Source of the DNA: Eledone cirrhosa
Lineage: Eukaryota
Assembly (NCBI GenBank): GCA_964016885.1
Contig: OZ024743.1
Span: 54,870,001-54,934,000, forward strand
Length of the DNA: 64,000 bases
Direction of reading: 5' to 3'
In this document: positions 15,803-32,616 of the stretch, in pieces
How the letters are laid out: every line of letters begins with the position of its first letter
Numbering within the stretch: the first letter of the stretch is position 1
Made by a program: the position numbers and the translations under genes
The notes under the pieces: model-generated
Database searches by the model: none
What the model was told of the DNA's origin: nothing
The model's input: the letters and a program-made list of their open reading frames with translations, nothing else

Positions 15803-16311
15803 CCGTAAAATAATATTCGAAGAAAGGAATGTATAAGAGAAGAGTAATAAGAGAAGTAGCTTCAGAGATAGATACAATAGAAATAAATCACTACAACTTT
15901 CTCTATTTCAATCTCAGCTCCATTCTAACTTAATCAACCAGTCAACCAACAAGCCGACCATCTAACTAATTAAACGACCAACAGGCCAACCAACCAACCT
16001 ACCAACCAACCAGCCAGCCAACCAGCCAGCCAGCCAACAACCAAACTAACAGCCAATCATCTACTAGCTAACCAACCAACCAGACAGACAGACAGCCATC
16101 CATTTATCCAACCGTTCAACCAACCAACAATCCGACGAACTAATCATCATTCTGGGGTGATTCTTAGAGCATGCTGTGTGTGGTAATTGACCAGCTAATG
16201 AACCTAGTGCTCACGGGCCATTTAGAAAGCTTAGGTTGCCAGAAGTGTATGGGGGGAGGGGTACAGAAACGAAGAAAAACAAACACGCAATTTAGCATAT
16301 GATAATAATGA

Positions 16312-16365
<54 letters not shown>

Positions 16366-16509
16366 GGGAAATAATGATTTCATTTATTAGCCACAAGGGC
16401 CGACATGTAGGGGAATAATGATTTTACATGTTTTTTTTTTTGCAAAGAGACAGAAGAAAAATAAAAACAGTGATAATAACGAGGATGACAATAGCAAATG
16501 AAATTATAC

Positions 16510-16540
<31 letters not shown>

Positions 16541-16606
16541 CGTGCGTATGTGTGTGTGCGCATGTATATACATATATGTATATGTGTGTGTATATATGTA
16601 TATATA

Positions 16607-16684
<78 letters not shown>

Positions 16685-16999
16685 AATGTATATTTATATA
16701 TTTACAATAACAATAACAGTAGCAGTTTCAAAATGTTTGCGTTTAGAGAGAGAGAGAGAGAGAGAGAGCTGATAGGTTGATAGTTTGAGCTCTGGTTTAA
16801 AAGTCGCCTGAAGCTGACAGTTGCTCAGCTGTTCGTTTTATAGCTTTAGGGCAAACTTATAAAAATAGAGCCGTTCAAATTACACTTTTACAATTGTCAA
16901 CTTCACTTATTATTATATGGTCGGTTCAGTCATACCTGTTTTTTATCTTTCTTTATTTTTTTGCTGCCATCGAAATGATTTTTCGTCTGAGCTCTTTCT

Positions 17000-17950
17000 G
17001 TTGATATCCGTTGTTGTTTATGATGTTGGTGGTGGTGGTATTGAGGTGGTAATGTTGCTGTTGTTGGTGGTGTGGTGGCGTTGATGTTGTGATAGTGTGG
17101 ATTGAGTTGTTAATGGTCGTGCTGTTGTATATTGGTGGTGGTAATGCTAATGGTGATGGTATTAAGATGGTGTTAGTGGTAGTGTTACTGGTGTCATTGG
17201 TGGTAGTGTTGGAGGAAATGCTAGTGTCGATGCTGGTGGTAGCGACAGTGGTGATGTTCTGTGTATTGGTGATATTGAAGCTGGTTTTAGGGTTGGTTAT
17301 GGTCGTTGTGTTGTTAGTGATGGGTTTCTTGGTGGTGATAGCTGTAGTGACGTTGTTGTTGCTGTTGCTAGTGTTGCTGGTAGTGGTGGTCATGGTAATA
17401 GTGTTGGTGGAAGAGGTGCTTGTCGTGGTGCTAGTGGTACTGGTATCGGTGGTGGTGGTGTTGCTGTTGGTAGTGTTGCTGGTATTGGTGATCGTAGTAA
17501 TAGTGTTGTTGGTAGTGGTGGTTGTCGTGGTGGTAGTGGTGGTAGTCCTGGTAGTAGTGGTAATAATGTTGGTGGTGTTGCTGGTAGTGATAGTCGTGGT
17601 AGAGGTGGTTGTCGTGGTGGTAGTGTTCCGGGTATTGGTGTTCGTTCTAATAGTGTTGGTGGTAGTGGTGCTGGTACTGGTAGTAGTGGCATTGATGTTG
17701 GTGGTAGAGGTGCTTGTCGTGCTGGTAGTGGTGTTGGTATTTGTAGTAGTTGTGTTGTTGTTGGCAGTGTTGCTTGTAGTAGTGGTCCTGGTAATAGTGT
17801 TGGTGGTGCTCGTATTGGTAGTAGTGGTGTTGTTATTGGTAGTGCTGATAGTGGCCGTGCTGGTAGTAGTGGTACTGGTGCTGTTGTTATTGTTGTTGTT
17901 AATGCTGGTAGTTGTGTAGTTGTTTTTATTGCTGTTGTCGCTATTGTAGT
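17000..17950. repeat. GGT/AGT/GTT trinucleotide low-complexity tract
   Basis: Degenerate (GGT)n/(TAG)n/(GTT)n; the poly-V and poly-T ORFs are artefacts. Confidence 0.8.
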
Positions 17951-18046
17951 CGTTTCAATTTTCCCTTTATAAGCAACCATCTTTTCAAACATCTCAAAGC
18001 TGACGGAAGCAATCGCAACCTATCAACCGCGCCTGCCTTCTTCACA

Positions 18047-18150
<104 letters not shown>

Positions 18151-18282
18151 CACTCTCCTGCTATCGCCATCACTAACAACACCACGATCCGTATAAGTAA
18201 ATATATTGGATATTTGCGTCACGTATCTCGATGTTAGGGGCAGTAAATTGTTACAGTTATTAAAAGATCGGATCGAATGGCC

Positions 18283-18600
18283 TCAATGCGGGTGGCTTTG
18301 TGGTTAGGGTATTCGGCTCAAGATCGCAAGATCGTGAGTTCGATTCCCGGCGGTACGCTGCATCCTTAAGCAAGACACTTCATTTCACGTTGTTCCAGTT
18401 CACTCAGCTGGCAAAAATGAGTTGTATTTGTAATTCGGAGGGTGAGACTTGTCACTCTGAATCTCCCTGAGACCTACGATATGGGTACACGTGTTTGTGG
18501 AATACTCAGTCGCTTGCATGTTAACTTCATGAGACTGCTGTTCTGTTGATCGTATCAATTGGAACACTCATCGTTGCAACTGGCGGAGTGCCGTTATCTA
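18283..18600 (+). mobile_element. tRNA-derived CORE-type SINE
   Basis: GGTGGCTTTGTGGTTAGG A-box, GAGTTCGATTCCC B-box, TCCTTAAGCAAGACACTTCATTTC CORE-like segment. Confidence 0.7.
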
Positions 18601-19130
18601 CTAGAGAGAATGTTTCATGGTATTCGTTTCATACGCTACAATCTTAAGTATCGAGTACTCTAATGGTCTAAGTCGTTTGAAACTGTTTCATTCCTGATAT
18701 TATTTAGACGTCTAGATTACCTAGATTAGTTACGGCATTTTACTCTTTCGTATCAGCCGACATATACCATGAAGTATCTTCCACTACATATCTGATCTTA
18801 CACCACTGTGTTTTATAGACAAGTAAAACGCCATTCACTCCTCATACACATAACACCATTTACTGATGGTCGGCTAATTTCAGATATATCGACTCGTGTT
18901 GCTTTGAGGCAACAATGACAAGGTTAGATTCTTATTATATATATATATATATAGAACATAATATACAAAATCACTGAGGGGTAGATCCCAATAAAGTAAT
19001 CTAAAAAGAACACTTCACAAGCATGTTTCCCTAGGGATATATTCTTAGTTAGGCAACCGAAAGCCAGAAGCTTTCAGTAAATTCTGTTTTCATTGGGATG
19101 TTATGTATATTGGAGACAAATATACTTATG

Positions 19131-19197
<67 letters not shown>

Positions 19198-19204
<7 letters not shown>

Positions 19205-19520
19205 AATGTAATCTGAGTTTTTCGAATATTAATAATAGCATTCGATTCGTTTGCAATTATGCAAACAAGCCTAGCTCTGACAGTTTGGCAGGTGAACAGT
19301 GAGTTGTACTGATGTAGGGTGATACCCAGAAACATTAGTGTCTGCAGTTCTGTTCACATGCCAACACAAGTGCAAGAATGAAGAGTTCATTCTACTGACA
19401 TGCCTATAAAATTGAGGCTTGTTTGCATAATTGCAAACGAATCGAATGTTATTATTAATATTCGAAAAACTCAGATTACATTTATTGTATTCAGCCATGT
19501 AGAGCGAAAATTTTCTTTTA
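19198..19520 (+). mobile_element. Second copy of the 9820-10300 family, with inverted arm; HHR 19301-19350 has an A9T change
   Basis: 19198-19272 is inverted at 19415-19490; core reads CTGATGT. Confidence 0.75.
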
Positions 19521-19782
19521 TATATATATATATTGCTGTCCTTATAAAATGTACCATTATACGTACATCTCTTCGCTGAACATTTCTGTCTTCACTGACG
19601 AAACAAATATCAACAAAATAAATTATAATTCTTGAGTCAACGTTCAGATTGTGACATATAAATACAGCTATTATGTATATATGGGACATGAGCATAGCTT
19701 TTTAACTGTTTCTTTTTTATCTTTTATCGTGTTTATCCTTGTTAGACGAAGTAAATTAATTATTCATCTATGCTACTTTAAC

Positions 19783-19902
<120 letters not shown>

Positions 19903-21815
19903 AACTCTCGAGTGTTTTCACAATGTGTTAATAGAATTCATCATCATTATCATCATCAAGGACACCACTAACATCATCAAAAAAGACATTCTCGACAAAG
20001 TCAAGCAATAAATTCTAATTATAACTAAGCGTTTCTGGGCAATACAAACTTTCAGACCATCACTGACTTTTAAACAGGGAAATAATAATAAACAGCTAAC
20101 ATTGAAAAAATATGTCATACCAACCAAGGAATCTTTGGTCGTCTATTGAAAGAGCACTGATAATGGTGGTAATGATTGATAGTATAAACAAACTGACAGA
20201 TTTAGCATTTCCCTCTTTTGATACGAAACCATCTGAAACTTCTAGTTTTTACGATACAAAGCTGTTTGTATTAAAGTCTTTATGTTTATCTAAACATTTT
20301 CATTCTTAATTTTCTGTGAGAAATTTTGTTAAATTATGATCCAAGTTCCAGCTTTACAACAAGACAGTTAGTTATATTACTAAAAACTTTAATATTTACG
20401 TCTGTCGTGAAAAATATACTAACGTAATTGTTAAAGTGTTTAAATCTATCTGAGAAACTTCAGTCAGTTTTATGTAAGAACTTTTGTTATGCTTCTAATC
20501 CCAGCCTGAAGATGAAAATGTTAGCTTTGTTACTAAATACTTCAAAATTCGCGTATATTTTCAAAATTATATAAAACACATTGGCAGTATCTCATTAGAA
20601 ATTTGGAAAGGAAAGCATTAAATGTAGAATTAATAATTACATGTCAATTTAACAATTTAAAATCAAAACGTCAGCAACCCGTCTGAGGAAGGAGCCCTGC
20701 GAGCTAGGGTAGCTGTTGAAGTGGGTGTCCCTGGCTATTGTCCACATAAATGCTTTTACAGTTTTGTCCGTGAGGCACAGCTGAAACACTGCCCCAACCT
20801 AGGTGTAGAGCCTGTCACCCTCTCTTTCTTCCCTGGCCAAATAATCCTTGCTCTTTTCCTCCTCCATACTTATGGCATTTATAGTCCTTTCCCCTACTTT
20901 CCGATGCAGCCAGATGTGACCTTTTTTTTACTCCTTCTCCTCCTTTTTTTCATTATGCATATAATTAATTGTGAAAACCTGATAAATTATTTAAAAGTTT
21001 TTTAAACCTTTAAGAAATTTAACAAAAGGACCTTGTATTAATAAAATCGAAGAAAATAACAATAGTGAGTGTCATATCATATTCAGACTTTTGGAAAGGA
21101 CAACGGAAGACATCGCTTTCGCCCCCATGTTTATATGTCTGCGACTGCAGGATCTGATTCCTCTGCTGGCGGTTTTAAACCTTTCGTTACCATATTCTAA
21201 TGAAAGGTACTGCTTAAATACTTTTGAACATAATAAAAAATTAGGATGAATTTAGTTATATAATTTTCTTTTAAAGTTAGTGTTCGGAATAAAACTTATC
21301 GAATGTTCTTATATAAAGTATTGATGGACTCTTTATATAAAAATAAATACTTTGTGTTATAGAACCAGGGTAGGTTTCAAGTAGGTTGCTATCACATAGA
21401 GGAGTTGAACCTATTTGCTCGAATTCGAATTCTGTGAATATATTCATTTGTGGTGGGGTTATTAATGGACGAGTTGTAGAGCAGGTGGAGTTTGTGACAG
21501 TGGAGACGCAGGTGATATTTGTAGCAGTGGTGGTCGTAGTGACGGCCGAGTTGGTATGGGTGGTGGTAATGGCGCTTATGATGACAACGTAGATAGTGGT
21601 GGTGGTGGTGGCGGCAGTGGCGGTGCTAATGGTAGCAATAGTGTTGGTGGTAGTGGTGTGACAATGGCGATGAAATATCTAATTAGAACCACGTTGTATT
21701 GTAAAAAGTGAACGAATAAAATATCCTCCGCGTGACAGTCGTCATTGTTATCCCCCTCATGATCACTATCACCACCATCACTGAAGATACGTCATCATTA
21801 TCATTACAGCACTAG

Positions 21816-22033
21816 GGCGGTTGATTGACAGTATCGGTAGAGCGTCAGACAACATGCTTTGTGGCATATAATTACGTCACTTTACGTTCTGAGTTCAAGT
21901 CTCATCCAGGTTAGCTTTGGCTTTCATTCTTAGGGGGTCGGTAAAATAAAGTACCAGTCACGCACTGGAGTCGATTTAATCGACTTTCCGCTTCCCCAAA
22001 AATTGCTGGCCTTGCGCGTCAATTAGGAACCAT
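21816..22033 (+). mobile_element. Diverged tRNA-derived Nin/Deu-type SINE
   Basis: GGCGGTTGATTGACAGTATCGGTAGAGCG...GAGTTCAAGT...GGGGTCGGTAAAATAAAGTACCAG. Confidence 0.75.
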
Positions 22034-22061
22034 TGCCATCACCACCACTACAGAAACTGTT

Positions 22062-22110
<49 letters not shown>

Positions 22111-22329
22111 ACACCACCACCACTAAACAAGCCATCATTATCGTCACCATCATCACAACTATTCCATCATCATCATTATCACCGTATCTTCATTAACACC
22201 ATCCTTGACCCCAAAACAACTCCCAGGGTCTATGATTTTCATCAGGTCCCCACCATTGGCAACCCCGTCAACATCGTTATTATCAACAACTCAACCAGTA
22301 CCATAATACACCAACAACAGACCTCCGAC

Positions 22330-23085
22330 TGAAGCACAATCATCACCACCATAATCACCTCACCGCAATTATCAACACCACTAATATCATTATCAACACT
22401 ATTATCACAATCACTACATCTTTTATCACTACCACCACCACCACCACCAACAACACCACCACCACCACCACTATCGGCACTACCACCACTAATACCATCA
22501 CCACCACCACCACCACCAACAGTACCACTTCCACCACCACCACCACCACTATAAATACCAATATCATCAACAATATCAACACCCTCACCACCACTACAAC
22601 CACCAATATCATCAACAATGTCAAAACCCTCACCACCACCACCACCACTACCATCACCACCACCACCACCACTACCAATATCATCACCAATATCAACACC
22701 TTCACCACCACCACCACCACCACCACCACCACCACCATCACCACCACCACCACTACAACCACGAATATCATCACCAATATCAACACCCTTACCACCACCA
22801 CCATCACCACCACCACCACCATCACCATCACCACCACCACTACAACCACCAATATCATCACCAATACCAACACCTTCACCACCACCACCAAAACCACCAT
22901 AGCAGCTGTAGAAACAGCAGTAATAACAGCAGCAGTAGTAGCAGCAGAAATAGTAACAACAGCAGTAGTAGCAACAGCAGTATTAACAGTAGCGGTAGCA
23001 GTTGTAGCATAGCAGCAGTAGTAGCAGCAGTAGAAGCAGTAGTAGCAGCAGCAACAACAACAGCAGCAGCAGTAACAGCAACATC
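22330..23085. repeat. CAC/CAT then CAG/TAG trinucleotide low-complexity tract
   Basis: Degenerate (CAC)n with recurring AATATCATCA.CAATATCAACACC unit, followed by (GCA/GTA)n. Confidence 0.8.
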
Positions 23086-23342
23086 ATGTCAGCTTCTCTG
23101 TCACGTCACATGCCGTAAAACGGGTCAATGTTCGGTAATATATAAAATATATCTACAACGCATTCAACATATAGCCTCCCCTACCTCCTTCTACATCTAA
23201 TGGGGGGTCAAGAAGAGCCAAACAAGCGGTGATAAAGTAGGCAGGAGAGAGAGGAGCTACCATCTTTAGTATATTTGTATATGTCAAATGGTGGGAGATA
23301 TTTCTTGATCTATGAGAAACATGAAGATGATTATGTATGCAT

Positions 23343-23408
<66 letters not shown>

Positions 23409-23469
23409 GTAGAACACTGAAAGGTAATATCCGTAGTGGTAGAGCACTCAGTCCATTGGACGAGTTAGG

Positions 23470-24557
23470 TAGAAGTGGTTACACAACAGTTAGTTCACCA
23501 TACCGAGAACAATTGTTTCACCATAGCGGATCCTCAGCTCGTAATGAGCATGGTTATACGGAACAGGAAGGACAACCGTACGAACGCGCATGCGCAGAAA
23601 CCCGTCACTTCACACAGGCAATACTAAAATGCGTTAGCTAACAGCGGCTTCTCACAACCTATCATTTACTCTCCCACTATCAACAACAGCAATAAAAAAA
23701 GAAAACGCAACAATAGACAAACTATTTGGTTCTCTCCTCCCTTCTCACTCAACGTTAAAACCAATGTAGGCAAAAAATGTCTAGCCCTCTTAGATAGACA
23801 CTTTCCCATAGGTCATAAATACCGCTCCATCTTTAACCGACACAAAGTAAAACTAGGATACTCCTGCGCTAAGAACATGAAGGCCCACATCACCAGCAGC
23901 CCTAGGAGCAATACCCCACCAGGGTGCTCTTGTCGTAAGCCCGAAGCTTGCCCCCTTCAACAGCAATATAACACACCAGCTGTAATTTATGAAGCTGTGG
24001 TCACTTCCAACCGACCAAACCAACCACAGGAGGTCAAATCCTATGTGGGCATGGCGGAGGGCCGATTTAAGGAACGTTTCCTGAACCATCAGTCGACCTT
24101 TAGGTACCCGGACAGACGTTCATCCACGAAACTCGCGAGCCACATATGGTCCCTCAAGGACTCAAGTATAGACTACTCCATTCAATGGAAAGCCATCACT
24201 AAGTCCAAGCTATACACAAGGGGAAATCCATCGTGTGGACTGTGTATTAACGAACGAATAAATATTCTAAAGAGATTATGCAATAGTGATTGCCTAAACA
24301 TGATAAATGAATTTTTCACACGTTGTCCACACGTCTCGAAACACGTATTGACTAACTACAAAGCTCCGAATTGAATGAATTATTGTAACAACATCAATAT
24401 TTTTTCTTATCAACTAAAAACTTTTCGGACTTACAGCTATCGCACGCATTTTAGTATTGCCTGTGTGAAGTGACGGGTTTCTGTGCATGCGCGGTCGTAC
24501 GATTGTACTTCTTGTTCCGTATAACCATGCCCATTACGAGCTGAGGTGAAACAATTG

Positions 24558-24560
<3 letters not shown>
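23470..24560 (+). mobile_element. 5'-truncated Naiad-type PLE (GIY-YIG half) with inverted pLTR
   Basis: IWFSPPFS..KTNVGK, CSCRKPEACPL, VIY...SYVGMAEGRFKERF.NH, CGLC.NE; 23505-23635 is inverted at 24445-24560; HHR at 23504-23541 (-). Confidence 0.9.
23877..24374 (+). pseudogene. PLE GIY-YIG endonuclease domain
   Basis: 165-aa ORF with VIY/YVG motifs, catalytic R (KERF) and terminal C..H motif. Confidence 0.85.
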
Positions 24561-24630
<70 letters not shown>

Positions 24631-24670
24631 AAAAGTGTCAGTGTGTATGTAATGTACATATAAACATATA

Positions 24671-25200
<530 letters not shown>

Positions 25201-25993
25201 GAATTATATGTATCTATATCTATATATATATATATATATGCATACACATGCATAGACATATATGTGCGTATATATAAATTTATATGGAGAGATGGAAGGA
25301 GAGAGGGGGGATGCATGGAGAGAGTGAGAGTGAGAGGGGAAGATACATGGAGAGAGAGGCAGTCGTTAGAATGTTGGATTAAATGAATAGCGATTTTTTT
25401 TTTTCGGCTTTCTGAATTCAAATACTTCCCAGACTAACTGAGAAAATAAATAAAGTACCTGTCCTGTATTGCAAGCAATTCTCGTTTTCCTCGCCCTTTC
25501 TCGCCGTTTCTTTATCTCGGGAAGAAATAAACTTGTAGAGGCCTAGATTCTGTCAGGTTTAAAATATCATCCAGTAGCCTCTTCGTCTCAAGAGTTAAGA
25601 TCTCAAGGCAACATCCCTCTCCATCTCTCTCTGTATGGGTGTGTAAACAAGTCTTAAACGCTCTGCATCAAGTTTAAACTTTAAGAGAATGTTTTACCAC
25701 TCGTATAAGACACTACACCGGATATTAACTATAATAGAATTGAATAAAAATCGCGATATAAACCCTTGAGATGAGAAGAACGTGAACAGAATTGCCTGCG
25801 GTAAATGTAGCAGGCCATGGCAGTATGTCGGAAAGCCTTGTTATAACTTTTCCCACAGGCAATTCTGTTCACTTGTTTCCGTCTGAAGGAGTTATATTCC
25901 CGATTTTATTCAACTTCAGTATAGTTAATACAAGTTACACTAGCTTTTGCGAGATGAAACACCTTCTCGAAAATATATATATATATATATGTG

Positions 25994-26112
<119 letters not shown>

Positions 26113-26127
26113 ATGTATATATGTATA

Positions 26128-26160
<33 letters not shown>

Positions 26161-26163
26161 TTA

Positions 26164-26304
<141 letters not shown>

Positions 26305-26320
26305 ATATGTATATATATAT

Positions 26321-26802
26321 GTCCTGCAGGACTAAAAACAAAACCTGTCATAGGGCAAAGGAGCTCTTAAGAGTCAATGGCCATCCAAAATCACCGGGAG
26401 AGATGACCCCTTAGCCTTTTTCAAGGCAGAATTCTAGGAGAAGGAAAACTCTGATATAACACCTGCAACCCTGATGGTATCCAATGATGTTGACTTGTTC
26501 TTCTTTTTGGTAAATATCATCTTGGTTAAGAGAGTGGGACTGGCTTTGTGCAGTGCCTTTGCTCACTATAAAAGCTTCACGGCACAGGCATTGCTTTATA
26601 TCTGGAGATCTCTCTGCACTTGTCGTCACATGGTACCATGGGCCCAGCACTATGTGTCAGTAATTGTCACAAGTGTAGTGTTTGTACCAGAGTTTTCAAG
26701 TCGCTGGCTGGACTAAAAAGTCACACTCGTTCAGCGCATCGGTAGGGGTTCTCCTACATGGATATAAAGTAGTGGCCGTACTCGAAAACGAGTTGGCAGC
26801 CA

Positions 26803-26806
<4 letters not shown>
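26321..26806 (+). mobile_element. Non-autonomous RTE-like retroposon, 5'-truncated copy
   Basis: Near-identical to 45218-45702 and to rearranged 51297-51768; AGAAGGAAAACTCTGA motif; 3' hairpin CTCGAAAACGAG. Confidence 0.6.
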
Positions 26807-27574
<768 letters not shown>

Positions 27575-27580
<6 letters not shown>

Positions 27581-29478
27581 AAACGTTTGAATATGTATAA
27601 TAAAGCCAAAACAATGCAGGTAAGGACATAGAAAAAAAGAATGCAATTGCAAAAGATATTGTTGACAAATCGTCTTTTACCTTAGATTTATTTAAATGTC
27701 CTTAATTTTCGAGATAATATCGCTTCTTCAGAGGGAAATAAAGGTCTCAAACCAGCGTTCTAAATATCTTGCCAAGCCATGCTGACAGGAAATAGTATCG
27801 AGTATCTGTTCTATCTCTAATGTCAAAGAGTTAAAATTAGGTGGATAAAGAGTAGTCTGCCTTTAAAAGGGGTTTGTTTAGGGTTTTTTTTATTTTTATT
27901 TTATATACATGCCTGTTTAAGTGTGTGGGAGAATGCATGAAGGTGTAAGTATGTGAGTGTCTGTGTGTGAGTGTGAGAAGATAAGTCTATTCGTAAATGT
28001 GCGGGATAGGTGTTATCTGGTGTTAGAACTGGTTTTGTGTGTGTATGTGTGAGAGAGAATAAGTGGAGGTGTAAGCGCGCGTGTGTGTGTGTGTGTGTGT
28101 GCGTGCGTGTGTGTGTGTGTGTGGTGTGTAAATATGGGGCTAGAAGCCCTATCAGGTTATAAATTGGGTGTTGAGTTCTAGTCTATTATTGATTGGTGGT
28201 TGTCTTTTATCTATAATTAGTGCTTCCTTAATTCTAAGATTGCCGAGGTTTCTTTCCTTAGTTTCTATCCTAACTGTTATGGTTTTGTCGGTGTTTTTGC
28301 ATTTAACTAGGTGTTTCTTAAATGAGAAAGCGTTAGTATTGAGGTGTTCTTTTATTCTGATATGTGGAGTGGTCTGGTGGTGCTACCTACGTAGAAGTTG
28401 TTGCATTTGTCACACTCTAGTCTGTATACGACGTAAGCCTGGTGGCATAGGTCTGTGTCGTTGATGGGGCAGTTGGCTAGTCTGCAGGAGTTGTCATGTC
28501 TGGTGGAGTGTCTTTTGGTTAGCTGTCCGCGTAGAGAAGGACCTGAGTGGGCCAGTTGGATATCTAGTCCCTCTCGTCTGATGGCTCTGCGGATGGCTGT
28601 TGTTGTTTCTTCGCTGAAGTGTGGGAGCTTCAGGAAGCAAGTGTTAGTGCCTCGGGTGTGGTGTCCTCTGTTCTTTCTGGCACGGTTTGTGGTGGATGTC
28701 GTGTATCCGTTCAGTTTGAGTACTTCCAGGAAATGTGTGGTGTGTGTGTCTCGGTCTCTAGCGTCGGTGCATTTGTTCCGGATACGTGCCAGTTCGTTCC
28801 TTATGTATCCGAACTTGGCACCGAGTGGGAGGGCCGATCTGAAATGTACGAACAGGTCCCTGCTGGCGGCTTTTTTATAGAAGCAGGTGTGGATGTTGCC
28901 TTCCTCTGTTACCCTGAGTTGGAAGTCCAGGATCCGCGGTCATCGGGGTGTTCCATGCTGAAATTTATGCTGGCGTCCATGCTGGAGAATGTTGTGTATA
29001 TTTTATCTGCCTCCTCACGGGATGATGTAAGGATGAGTATGTCATCTACATATCGGGTGAAGAAGGCATGGGAATGGCAGGTGTTGAGGGCTCGGCATTC
29101 TAGCTGGTTCATGTAGGTGATGGCCAGAAGGCCCGATAGGCTGGATCCCATGGGTAATCCTGTTGTCTGTCTGTATGTGTGGTGGTGCAAGGTGAAGTAC
29201 GTGTTGTCTACTGTGAAGGACAAAAGCTGGTGTATGTCCGTCGGGTGGAGGCCGTAGCAGTGGATGTCCTCTTCGACCACGCAGTCCGTCAATAAATCGA
29301 CAGCAGGATGAGCGGGGACTGTAGTGTAGAGGGAGACAACGTCTAGGCTAAAAGCGTATTTATTTAGTTTAAGTTGTTCTGGCTGGAGTTGGTGTAGTTT
29401 ACGTATAACTTCGTCGGAGCTACTGACATGTCTGGGGAAGGTGGAGAGTAGAGGCTTGAGGACCTGTGAGAGGAGCCA
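27575..29478 (-). mobile_element. 5'-truncated Penelope/Poseidon-like PLE (RT plus GIY-YIG plus pLTR)
   Basis: [46 protein letters not shown] motifs; HHR-like CTGAAGA...GAAA at ~27680-27735 (-). Confidence 0.9.
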
Positions 29479-29555
29479 GAAAATATATATACATATGTAT
29501 ATATATATATGTATATATATATATATACATATGTATATATATGTATATATATGTT

Positions 29556-29587
<32 letters not shown>

Positions 29588-29636
29588 TATATGCCTATAT
29601 ATATGTATATATATATATGTATATACATATATATAT

Positions 29637-29691
<55 letters not shown>

Positions 29692-29704
29692 TTTATATAT
29701 ACAC

Positions 29705-30208
<504 letters not shown>

Positions 30209-30268
30209 CATACATATATATGTATATATATATGTGTGTATATATGTATATATATATATATGTATATG

Positions 30269-30367
<99 letters not shown>

Positions 30368-31222
30368 GGAGGAGGTTATAGTTCACTTGAAGCATTGTGT
30401 AATGAAGTATAAACGTTTGAATATGTGTAATAAAGCCAAAACAATGCAGGTATGGACATAGAAAAAAGAATGCAATAGTAAAAGATATTGTTGAGAATTC
30501 GTCCTTTACCTTGAATTTATTTAAATGTTAGGATAGAAACTAAGGAAAGAAACCTCGGCAATCTTAGAATTAAGGAATCACTTATTATAGATAAAACACA
30601 ACCACCAATCAATAATAGACTAGAGCTCAACACCCAATTTATAACGTGATAGGGCCTCTAGCCCCATCTTTACACACCCCACACACACACACGCACGCGC
30701 ACACACACACGCTTACACCTCCACTTATTCTCTCTCACACATACACACACAAAACCAGTTCTAACACCAGATAACACCTACCCCTCACTTTCACGAATAG
30801 ACCTATCTTCCCACACTCACACACACACACCCACATACCTACACCTTCATGCATTCTCCCACACACATATACAGGCATGTATATAAAATAAAAACAAAAA
30901 AAACATAAAAACAAAAAACCCTTAAACAAACCCCTCTTAAAGGGAGACTACTCTTTATCCACCTAATTTTAATTCTTTGATATTAGAGTTAGAACAGATA
31001 CTCTATACTATTTCCGGTCAGCATGGCTTGGCTAGAGATTTAAGGCGCTGGTTTGAGACCTTTATTTCCCTCCGAAGAAGAGATATTATCTCGAAAATTA
31101 AGGACATTTAAATAAATTCAAGGTAAAGGACGAATTCTCAACAATATCTTTTACTATTGCATTCTTTTTTCTATGTCCATACCTGCATTGTTTTGGCTTT
31201 ATTACACATATTCAAACGTTTA
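30368..31222 (+). mobile_element. pLTR-only copy of the Poseidon-like PLE with inverted 5' arm
   Basis: 30528-31222 is the reverse complement of ~27578-28275; 30408-30527 is inverted at 31105-31222; HHR-like CCGAAGA at 31068-31123. Confidence 0.8.
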
Positions 31223-31259
31223 TATATATATATATATATATAAATTTTTTTTTTCATTA

Positions 31260-32616
31260 ATGTATATTTTTTTAATTATTTAATTATTTAATTATTTTTT
31301 CTTATTTTATTAATGTATTTTTATCATTGTATTCTATCTTTATATTGGTATTTTATCTTTGTATGCTGCTTTTATTATTTTTTGTAACTTTTACTCACTC
31401 ATGTCATTATGCACCTTTCATAGCCCCCTAGCCACCAAAGAACCACACTACTTATAACCTGGACTAACTGGGACTTTAAAATAATTTTGGTCTATTTGCA
31501 CTTTTCATTGGGTTGCTACCTTCGACTTGTGTGGTGGCTTTTTCGCGGCTGCGCGCTGGGCACTCGGAAAGTTGAGCCTTTCTTGAGTGCTCGGAAAAAT
31601 AAATTTCTACTCTTTTGGTAAACGAAATTACTCGGAGCGGTTGCTTTGCCCCGGTCTCACTGCGCTGCCTGTTTTGGCCGCCACATTATACTTGTACATA
31701 CAAACTCCAGGTTTAGGCATAACTATTAGCTGTATCATGCCTCTACTGACACGTAAATAAACCCCTCATGTGGGATTTAATAGTATTCGTTTGGTATAGA
31801 CTATGGCCTGTCGAAATTGTGGAGTTCCCGATAGCGCTCCCGTGTCCTAAGGTAGCTACGTTCCTAGAGTACTCGGAAAAATTAATTTCCATTTCTTTCG
31901 CTGGACGATACCACTCGAGACTGGCTGTCTCATGGTAGTGGGGGGGGGGGGGGTGCTGGCTGGGACTTCCAATCGAAATCTTTACTCTATATCCCATCCT
32001 AATATCTTATCGAGATAAATTTTTTCATATAAGACTCTCTCCGTAAGTTCATTAAATAAATAAATCTCGCTACCTTAATCTTTAATTCTCTAATAATTTA
32101 TTTTTCAATTTATCATTTTTAATTTAATTTAATATCATCCTATAACTCGCAACATAAGTTTAACGTTCCAATCTTCGGTTCACACATTAGACCATACAGA
32201 CACCCATTATAGATTCTTTGGGGTAGCATTTTTTCGCTGCATTTTCTAGCATGAATGTAGTATGACCCTTACACTACACTTCTTTCTCCCTTTCTTTCTT
32301 TCTTTCTTCCCCTTCTTCTTTGACGGAGTGGTGGTAGTGCATTATAAGCCTTCGCCCCCTCACCAGATATTCATTAGTAGATTCAGTTGCCAACACTTTG
32401 AGGACGACTGGCCGAGAAGCTAGTTGGTCAGTCGTCCTCTCTGTCTCTGTCTCTGTCTCTGATTTTTCGGACCTATGGTTTTTTACATATTCCTTTGTTA
32501 TATTCCAATACCTGATGATATCACCGGATTCATATGGAACCCGGTCATTGAAATGATCATAGTATAATAAACCTTTCAAAGATTTACACCAGTCCAGCCT
32601 CCTGTTATTTTATTTC

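Noticed and set aside
26411-26716. Repeated 79-80 aa ORFs (MLGPWYHVTT.., MVSNDVDL..) as a small gene family
   Set aside because: Conserved only because they lie in recent copies of a dispersed repeat; non-ATG starts and no protein motifs.
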